Below are positions 11,810 to 20,000 of a stretch of 20,000 nt of DNA, piece after piece (position 1 is the first letter of the stretch; each line of letters starts with the position of its first letter). A program made the position numbers and the translations under genes. Source of the DNA: Vicugna vicugna (taxonomy: Eukaryota); assembly GCA_013265495.1 (NCBI GenBank), contig MU057652.1:52092-72091 (forward strand), in the 5' to 3' direction. The notes under the pieces are model-generated. The model had not been told where the DNA came from. It saw only the letters and a program-made list of their open reading frames with translations, and did no database searches.

Positions 11810-12286
11810 TGACAAAGAGTCCGCCCTTGGCCAAACTCTAGCTGGGTTCTTCTTTTCCATGAGGCGTCCACCTTAGCCCGTGAAGATGTGCACAAACATT
11901 AACAAGGCTATCCCTCAAGTGTCCTCACCCCCCCTTAAAGTGCCCGCCTGAGAAACCAAGGCTGCCAGAGAATTTACTCTTTGTTCCAGTCAACAGATGG
12001 GCCCTGTATCCTAGACTCGGAGAGGGGAGGAGCTGGACTTCCAGGCTCCAGTTAGCAATGTCACGTGGCTTTCATGTGGACCAACCTCCCCCACCCACTC
12101 TTTGTAATTTTTTTTTTAACCTCCGTGATTCTGCACATCCCCACCAACCACCCCTCCACTCCTGCGTTTAAGACTCCCAGCCACCTCTGCACAAATCAGA
12201 GTGAAACGCAACTGTTTTCCCTACAGTCAGTAATTACAGAATAACATCTGTTGGTATCACTCTGTTTTTGGCTCTCATCTCCGACA
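11810..12286 (+). mobile_element. Solo ERV1 (MER4-group) LTR, MER31/MER67-like (477 bp)
   Basis: Starts TGACAAAGAGTCCGCCCTTGGCCAAACTCTAG; internal CCTTAAAGTGCCCGCCTGAGAAA…GGCTGCCAGAGAATTTACT; degenerate polyA signal AATAAC; ends …CCGACA. 4-bp TSD-like flanks GTCA/GGCA (1 mismatch). Confidence 0.75.
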
Positions 12287-12889
12287 GGCATGCGATAAAA
12301 TAGGATACAACCATGGAAGTCCATGGTTGTACAGGACAGTTTACAAAAGGTCCATGTATATGTGTGTGTCTGCACAAACCTATGTGTGTATTATTTACAT
12401 ATGTACATACGTACATTTATATGTAACATGCTTAAGCACACCCATGTGAGAGGCAGGCCCTGGATGTATCAAGTCTGGTTTGATGTCATTCATAAAATGG
12501 CAGAAAAAACACTCCAAAGAGTGCTCTAAAGACTCACCACTGCCCATTGGAGTGACAAACAGTGACTCATGGAAATACACGTGATTTCTATTTCTTCCAA
12601 TTTCATTGTGTACTGCATTAAAGGTATTTCTTTTGCAAATTCAAGAAAACTAAGAAGAATGAAAAAAAAAATGAATACAAAATAAATCAATCAAGTCTTC
12701 CAGAACTATGGATAACTCTTCAGGGATTGAAATTTTTTTGTGTTTTTTGTTTGTTTGTTTGCACATTCTTCCTCATTTTATCTTTACTTTCACTGAGTTG
12801 CTTTCATAGATTTCTGGATAAAATAAGTTATTTGCAGTATTTGTTGACGTGAGAGCTTTCCTACCAGCAAATTTATTAAGATCCCTACA

Positions 12890-13050
12890 TGATTACAAAA
12901 GCACAGACTCTGAAAATGATTAATGTGGTCTCAAATTATAACCCCTCCAATGTTGGCTGTGTGACCATGAGCAAATTACTTAACCATTCTGTGCATAAGT
13001 TTCCACAGATCTTTATACAGTAGTGTATATTTAGTAGGTATGTCATATAA
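12890..13050 (+). mobile_element. MIR SINE
   Basis: MIR core GGCTGTGTGACCATGAGCAAATTACTTAACCATTCTGTGCATAAGTTTCC, preceded by AAGCACAGACTCTG. Confidence 0.8.
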
Positions 13051-13329
13051 TATAATATTTATTATGAATTCAAACATACAGTATCATATGAGTATATGTT
13101 ATAAATAATATATATTATTATATATATATTATACCTCCTTTATGAAAATCTCATTTACATTTCACTTACTTTATCATCCAAAGTAGAGAAAAGATGAGTA
13201 AACCTTTATTCCATTAATTGTCCTTATGGAAAATAATTTTCAATGTTTCATTAACATATCAATATTTGTGGTCCTTCATTGACTGTAGAGCCCAGATTGT
13301 GACTGATTCTCATCATAATATTTACTGCT

Positions 13330-13800
13330 CTTTGGTTCTTCAACCTTACTTTCCTAATGTTAGAAAAATTTCAATATAATATTTTTTACTTTTATTGTCC
13401 AACCTTTTAATGTCAGTTAACTGGTTTCATGTTTCGGTGTGTACTGTTTACACAAAATCTAGGTGGATATTTTGTTTGACCAAAAGGAGAACCATGGTTT
13501 TTGTTTATAATAGGAAAGTTTAATCTCCAGTTAAAGTCGAACAAATCTGTAGTTAAACTGCTATGTTGTGCATTACATCTATGTTTTAGTCAATGTTTTG
13601 TTTTCCTTTGCTTTCTTATTTTTTCTTATTAAAACATTTTGCCAAGTATATATATATATTTTAATTTCTAGTAATGTTAAATGTGTGCACTGTATCCTTT
13701 ATACTCCTGGCACTTTTATTATACATTTTAATAATTATTCTTTTATTTGTACTCATTTTCAGGTGTGTTTGCAATTGTCAATTGGTGCTCTTATTTTTAG
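13330..13800 (-). mobile_element. Ancient L1M fragment (inter-ORF / ORF2 5' region), antisense
   Basis: T-rich segment TTGTCCAACCTTTTAATGTCAG…GTGTGTACTGTTTACACAAAATCTAGGTGGATATTTTG…TAATAGGAAAGTTTAATC resembles the antisense start of L1 ORF2. Very diverged. Confidence 0.4.
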
Positions 13801-14559
13801 CTAGCTATTTCATGCCAATATATAATTTTACAACATGACTTTACAATTCTTGAAAGCTTTTAAGATGCCTCATTGTAGAAGTTTATATGAGACTGACTTC
13901 CCCTTGTGTTCTGCTGTAACAACTTGACTTGTTTTGGAATTCTCCATAACAGAATCTTCTTTAAAACTCTCTAAAATGTTTGCTTTGCTCCCTTTGGTTT
14001 TGTCAGAGTTGAAGTTTAAAAAAAGCATTTTTTTCTTGCTGTTTTGGAATTTATTTTTTATTGATGCACGTACATTATTTAAAATTTTACTTTGCATCTG
14101 CAGGAGTCTGTAGTCTGTGGTCTTTCTTGTCTGCCACTGACCTCTTACAAGCTTCGAGACGGGGGTGTGGCACAATGCGATTCCTGCTTAATAAAGTGTA
14201 GAAGACAGAACCTGAACGCAAACTCAGACTGAGAATGAAAACAAATTAGAAAACATATTTAAAAATAGATGGCATGACTTTTTCATTTCGTAATGTCCAC
14301 TAAAAGCCCGACATGCAAATGCAGAGAAAAATACAAAACTATAACTATAGAGAATAAGTATTTTTCAAGATATGTGTAGATATGAAAACATTGTCCTGAT
14401 TGGAAAAGAATAAAAAGTGGGGGACTTTCAGAGCCATTAGCTCAAGAAGTAGGGTTATAATTCCATGGTTTAGTGATGAAAGTTATTAACTGATAGAGCT
14501 CCAATGGGGAGAAGACCGTGTTGAAAAACTCAACTGATTCATAAATCTTAAATGTTTGC

Positions 14560-14612
14560 TGGATCTCTGTCCTCATAGGGGACACTCAATAAGGACTCAA
14601 TCAATGAATGAA
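14560..14612 (+). mobile_element. Short LINE-2 terminal fragment
   Basis: CATAGGGGACACTCAATAAGGACTCAATCAATGAATGAA resembles the L2 end CATAGTAGGCACTCAATAAAT…GAATGAATGAA. Confidence 0.4.
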
Positions 14613-15667
14613 GTTGCCATCCAGGTAAATTATACATCCTTTTTATAAAGAAACAAATAATTTCTTACATTGTTTTGTATTGGTATTATTTTAAAACGCA
14701 GATTTCTTTGAAAGTGTCATTCATTATAAGTTCAGAAAGTCATTATATATTATGACAAAACATATTAACCTATAATTATAATAGATTTTTTCTACAATAA
14801 AGTCACTTCATTGGTTTCTTTTTGTAACTTCGCTACTCCCTCCCATTTTTTGAAATGCCACACGATGTACATTCCGACCAAGTAGATTTCAAGTCTCAGT
14901 TACCTAATTTATTTTAAATGAAACTTCTGCCCTGGAGAGTCTAGGCATACACTCATCTAATTAAATTCAGATCCTGTTTCAAATGGAAAAGATAGAGTTT
15001 TACTTACAGGAGTGTGAAATTACCTAATAACGTCTCCCAATTCTTAAAGGTGGTGAATTTTCTAGAGTGTTATAATTGCTTTCACAAGATGAGACTCTAA
15101 GTTTTATTTCCATGGAAAAGTTCAAAATAATCACTTTGTAATTACTGAAGTGGGATTCAGGGTGAAAATCTGAGTTCCCCTTAAATTCAAGATAATACAC
15201 TGATACTCCAGTTTCTGCAAAAGTAGGCAATTCTCCTAATACTAAATCCCAAAATAAATGATAGAGAAGTTGAAGTAATTAGTTTCAGGTGTCTTCAGTA
15301 AATAATAATTATTTCTAAAATGTTAAGAGTTGACCTTTCCAAGGTAGATGGCGTTCCACGAAAGGAAGTTAATTAAAATATATTATTATTGAAATAGTTG
15401 TTTCTCGTTAAAAACATGATCAATACAGACAATAAAATGAGTCTGGCCTCTGTGTTTGCATGTAGGTTTAATTAACTTTATTCAAAAACCAAATATAAAC
15501 TGTAAAATATTTTTTAAATTGCATCTACCTGTAACACAGAAAAGATTGTATCTAATCCTGTATTTCCTCACGGGAAATAGTCTTGTATGTGAACAATGTT
15601 GTCCAATAAAGTATGTTAAATAAATTTATACAAGCTTCACAGTAAGATATATTGTTGTTCTGCTTTT

Positions 15668-16091
15668 ATTAAAAAAATTATTGAAATTTAGTTGATTCAC
15701 AATGTTAATTTCAGGAGTACAACAGAGTAATTCAGTTTTCTATATATACATATATATGTATTTTTTTCAGATTCTTTTCCATTACAGGTTATTACAAGAA
15801 ATTGAATATAGTTCCCTGTGCTGTACAGTAGGTCCTTGTTGTTTATCTATTTTATACACAGTAGTGTGTGTTTGTTAATCCCAAATCCTAATTTATCCTT
15901 CCCTGCCCTTTCCCCTTTGGTAACCATGGCTTGTTTTCTATGTCTATGAGTCTATTTGGGGTTTGTAAATAGAATTTGCATCATTTTTGGTTAGATTCCA
16001 ATATAAATGATATGTGATATTTGCCCTTCTCTTGTCTGACTTACTTCACTTAATATGATAATCTCTAGGTCCATCCATGTTACAGAAAATG
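15668..16091 (-). mobile_element. 5'-truncated LINE-1 3' end (artiodactyl-type)
   Basis: Antisense L1 3'UTR: TTCAGATTCTTTTCCATTACAGGTTATTACAAGAAATTGAATATAGTTCCCTGTGCTGTACAGTAGGTCCTTG…TCTGACTTACTTCACTTAATATGATAATCTCTAGGTCCATCCATGTT. Possible TSD TGCTTTT at 15661-15667 and 16092-16098. Confidence 0.92.
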
Positions 16092-16852
16092 TGCTTTTGT
16101 TTTTTTATAACGATTTAACTCATCAAACCAGGATAGTCTAACATTTCATTAGCAAAATGTGCCATGAATTTTCTATTTTTTTCTTTCTATATGCTGGTCA
16201 TTTAGAGATTTATAGTAAGTTGTATAATGGATGGCACTGTGTTCAATAAATCTTTTTCTGTTATCCAAAGATCAACTTCAATGGACCATATGAAGGTTCT
16301 GTGTGGAAGCTGACAATCTAAAATTCACTAAAATTAAACCTTGCTACCTTGCCATGATCTTTCCTTGGGTGACTCGCTAAATGAGTGTCTCTGATTCACG
16401 AATGGATGGACGTATAATCCAGCCCACTGTGTGACTCCTGGTTGCTTTCCACCTGGGGTGACCACTTTGATGCAGAAAAATGGCCAGGGTCACAGGACCA
16501 ACATGCATGACATCACAGAGCCAGACGTGGGTGCCACATGCCTGATGGTTCCCAACACAGCCAAGCCAAACAAGACATTTTAAAGTAAAAATGACCTTAA
16601 GTAAAAATGTTTGAATAGATAACTTCATGGCGCATTTAGCTCATGTTCTAAATGAACTCTAATGCTGTAACCATCACACAAGAACTTCTCCGAGAAGAAG
16701 CCTCTCAGATAGCGGGCAGTCCATGCTGAAATCCCGTCCCGGCATTTTCAGGAATGAAGGATTCTGAGTCGACTGTCTGTCTTGAATAGCCTCTTTCCTG
16801 ATTGAATATCGGATTCCTTGATCAACATGCCTTTCCCAGGGGATATATATAT

Positions 16853-16877
16853 ATTAATTACATTTCTTTTGGTAAAC
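16853..16877 (+). repeat. Left arm of 25-bp inverted repeat (partner 17908-17932)
   Basis: 16858-16877 TTACATTTCTTTTGGTAAAC is the exact reverse complement of 17908-17927. The match extends to 24/25. Confidence 0.9.
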
Positions 16878-17329
16878 ACAATGGTAAACAAAATATATAT
16901 ATAAATTTTCCCCCCAGGGAATATATATTTACCTCTGTGCAACTTTTAGTAACTCTTTGATTGTAAAGCCATATTACGAGCTGCTAGTCACGTGTGATAC
17001 AGAGTAGAAGAAATAATATACAACCGAGAATTCAGAGTTATTGCATTTTCCCCCCAGTTGTATTGAGTCTCTGTGTCATCAGTGAGGCTGCTTTATGCTT
17101 CTCTTTTAAGATGTGGTTGTGACTACAGGGACTTCTAGGATCCCATTTCCCAAAATTCAGAAGAGTCCTGCATTTATTTTCCAGTTTCTCGGTCATGATT
17201 TCTACCTTTGATTCCTCTGAAAAAGCAAAATTCCCTCCTAACGCTGTTTTCTTCCCAATGCTTAATACTAGCTTTAATACTATCATCTACTGTGTAATTT
17301 ATCTATGTGAGCAGATTATTAAATGACAA

Positions 17330-17480
17330 TACAGTGAACTGGTCCACAGCCATGAGCTTTGAACCACCATTATCTGGTTTCACAGGAAGGCCTCCATCCA
17401 CTAGTGACCAAAACTGGTTTCTCAATGTCTCAGTGTCTCAATTTCTTTGTATACAATGTCATAGTCATGATTGTAATTAA
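17330..17480 (+). mobile_element. Possible diverged MIR
   Basis: ACAGCCATGAGCTTTGAACC…CTGGTTTCA…CACTAGTGACC…CTCAATGTCTCAGTGTCTCAATTTCTTTG loosely follows MIR order. Confidence 0.35.
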
Positions 17481-17907
17481 TGAGGAAGATACACTAAGGA
17501 ATGATTTACCCCTGTGTTCATTGCAATGATGGTGTTCACGAAATTATCGTTAGTATTAAACGGGTTTTAGTCAAACTGAAATCATGGCGTCTAAATTGGA
17601 CACATTGATCTCTATATTTCACTGTGACACTGAAAAAGGAAGTGTACTTACCTAGCCATAAAAAGGTAACAACATAACGCCACGTCACTTCCTCCAGGGA
17701 ACTGAGTGAGGGAGACATTCAGAGTTAGTTTTGTGATAATTATAGCTGAGTCCAAGCAGGGACAGGAGGAATTTGTGAAGACCGCCATTTACTTTTCTGG
17801 AAGCATAATGTTCCATATAAATATCACTTTGCAGACTGGTTTGATGAATCGTATTTGTGCTTATTGGGGAAACAGTGTTACTTGTTTTTCCATTCAAATT
17901 TCCCCTA

Positions 17908-17932
17908 GTTTACCAAAAGAAATGTAAGTAAT
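17908..17932 (-). repeat. Right arm of 25-bp inverted repeat (partner 16853-16877)
   Basis: GTTTACCAAAAGAAATGTAAGTAAT, the reverse complement of 16853-16877 with one mismatch. Confidence 0.9.
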
Positions 17933-18424
17933 CAAATCACTAGGTTTATGTAATGGTCAGCAGCACCTTGTTACAAATGTAATCTTTACATTTCCATGTT
18001 TTACCATGGAGTGATTACGTAGGGGTTACTATTAAAGAAATTTCCACTCTGCTGAGTCGGTCTGTATTGGATAGTTTTAAGTTTTAATGTCCCATGTCGC
18101 CAACCTTCTAAGAATTCTTATAATATAATTGAAGGTGATTAAAATATCAGAGAACGTGTACAAAATAACAAATATTCATCCACATGAGATACCTGATCAT
18201 TAAAAAAACAACAAAATAGAAAAACTCCTTTGCTTATGTTTGCATCTGCACGTCCGTGTGTGTGTGAGATGTGTGTGTACATTTATAAATCTCATGATCA
18301 TAATTGACGGGATGTTCCTTTGCCGAGATAACCTGATAATTTCTAGTCAACTACCCGTAATAGTGCTCATCTTGTGATAAATAATAACTATTTTCTGAAC
18401 ACCCTTTATCATCCCAAACTTTAT

Positions 18425-19265
18425 CCTTCCATTTATTAATTTATTGGAAATTCAGTTAACTTAAGAGTTCATTATAAACAGTGGAGGGATAAGTAAAAGT
18501 CTGAACACTCAAGAAATACATTCTTTACTATGAACGATAATCAAATAACTCAAGTATATATTATAGGGGTTTATATGTAGTGATAAGCAATATAAAAATG
18601 TGTTTTGGACACAAAAGAAAAAGTTGCATCTGATAAAAAATTATTATTGGAATTCAACAATCAAGAAGACTACAGAGCAGGTATAATGGCTATGCTAAGA
18701 TTTGAAAAGTAATTGCAATTACTGGGTAAATGAAGGAGCAAATAAAAAAAATAAGTACAAATACACAGAGGCATGAGAGCATGTGTTATAGTTTAAGAAC
18801 TGCAAATGATTTGATATACACAGAAAAAGAGAAATGAATATTCAGTGCATCTTGGAGGAGACATAGAGGTGAAATTACACACAAGTATGTCATGGCTAAG
18901 AAATTTAGGGATGCTGGAAAATAAAATCATTAAGTGTAATAAATAGGGGACTTGTGTTTAATTAAGAATCATTTTAAGGGGGGAAGGTACAGCTCAAGAG
19001 GTAGAGCGCTTGCTTAGCACGCTTGTGGTCCTGGGTTCAATCCCCAGGACTTCCTCTAAGAATAAATCAATGAATAAACTTAAATAACTCCCCCCACCAA
19101 AAAACCAAAACAAAACAAAAATCATTTTAATGCAGTATGATAGCAAAGTTAGAGAAAAGGTGGGGACATTTTGGTGCTAGGAAGACCAATTGTGAAAGTC
19201 ACATAAGAGTGTAATGGTTTTGAATGTAGGTGTCAACAGCAGAAAACGATTTATAGACAGTAAAA
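18425..19265 (-). mobile_element. LINE-2 fragment (antisense), interrupted by the SINE
   Basis: Begins with an L2-tail-like CCATTTATTAATTTATTG. Continues AAGTACAAATACACAGAGGCATGAGAGCATG…TTAAGAACTGCAAATGA and AATCATTTTAA[SINE]TGCAGTATG…GCTAGGAAGACCAATT, colinear with antisense L2. Confidence 0.6.
18978..19119 (+). mobile_element. tRNA-derived SINE, camelid Vic-1-like, full length with TSD
   Basis: G-rich 5' end GGGGGGAAGG, A-box ACAGCTCAAGAGGTAGAGC, B-box GGTTCAATCCC (19034-19044), AATAAA-rich segment, C-run and A-rich tail. TSD AATCATTTTAA at 18967-18977 and 19120-19130, at a TT/AAGA L1-endonuclease-type site. Confidence 0.9.
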
Positions 19266-19369
19266 GTGCATTTTTAAATGTTTTTATAACCCACAGTGGT
19301 TTATTATGCTTTCCCAGGCAGGAGTCTCTTTGACTTATCAACATGCACTTACTTGGTCAGGGAAATAAT

Positions 19370-19520
19370 CATATTATTACTGTCAACCCATTTGCAGATG
19401 AAAAGACATATATTTAGAGCTTAAAACATTTTTCTAATGACATGGGACCTGGTGAGAAGCAGAGCTGAGATTTGAATTTTGGCTGCAAAGTGTCAGAATC
19501 CATGGTCTTACCCACAAAAC
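19370..19520 (-). mobile_element. MIR SINE (antisense)
   Basis: CCCATTTGCAGATGAAAAGAC…CTGGTGAGAAGCAGAGCTGAGATTTGAA…TCAGAATCCATGGTCTTACCCAC matches antisense MIR. Confidence 0.75.
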
Positions 19521-19659
19521 CATGCTTTTTAATGTTTAATCTTGTTCATAGGTGGAGATAAAGCACAAAAGGGGAGACGGAAGATCTTAGGCTAAACTGT
19601 CTTGTATTTGAGCAAATAGTTACCAAATAGTTTTATATAATAACACTGTAATATATACA

Positions 19660-20000
19660 TTTTATTGAGATATCGATAGACATATGACATTATATCAGCT
19701 TCAGATGTGCAATATAATACGTTGATGTATGTATATGTTGCCAAATTAATCACCATAATAAATCTAGTTAACATCCATCATCATACATACTCATAATTTT
19801 TCCTTCTGATACAAATGTTTAAGATTTATTCTTTTAACAACTTTCAAATAAACAATACAGTATTATTTACTATAGTCACCACATCCTATATTATTTCCCC
19901 AGGATTTTTTTTTTTTTAATGACCAGACATCTGCAGTTTTTGGAGACCTTCACCCGTTTTGCTTACCCCTCTTCAAGTCAGACCTTATCGTTGGTCAGAA
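19660..20000 (-). mobile_element. LINE-1 3' end (L1MA9-like), antisense, probably continuing to or past the window edge
   Basis: TTTTATTGAGATAT…TCACCATAATAAATCTAGTTAACATCCATCA…TTTAAGATTTATTCTTTTAACAACTTTCAAATAAACAATACAGTATTATTTACTATAGTCACCA. Confidence 0.88.

Noticed and set aside
13040..13135. AT-only palindromes such as AATAATATATATTATT
   Set aside because: These are expected in (TA)-rich low-complexity sequence.
15341..15353. CTCF-like GTAGATGGCG
   Set aside because: It lacks the correctly spaced 5' CCA of the core motif, so it is too weak to call.
18978..19052. tRNA-like sequence with A and B boxes
   Set aside because: It is the head of a SINE with an A-rich tail and TSD, not a tRNA gene.
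378..19774. Remaining 60-101 aa ORFs in the six-frame track
   Set aside because: No recognisable domains or homology, and many use non-ATG starts or overlap repeats. The number and length are what non-coding mammalian DNA gives by chance.

Overview
AT-rich, CpG-poor mammalian non-coding DNA (intronic or intergenic). It is most likely camelid, judged from a Vic-1-like tRNA-derived SINE at 18978-19119. I recognise no intact protein-coding gene; the ORF-track entries look like chance or low-complexity ORFs. The window holds many interspersed repeats: L1 3' ends, a decayed L1 ORF2 endonuclease fragment, two solo LTRs (MLT1A/A0-like and MER31/MER67-like) with target-site duplications, L2 and MIR relics, and a ~260-bp compound A-rich microsatellite. 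Repeat family names come from recalled consensus similarity, not a database search. The most interesting unexplained signals are a 24/25-bp inverted repeat ~1 kb apart (16853-16877 / 17908-17932), a candidate 30-nt microexon at 6293-6322 with downstream RBFOX/QKI motifs, and a 26-bp palindrome at 12306-12331. None of these establishes a new biological system from sequence alone.
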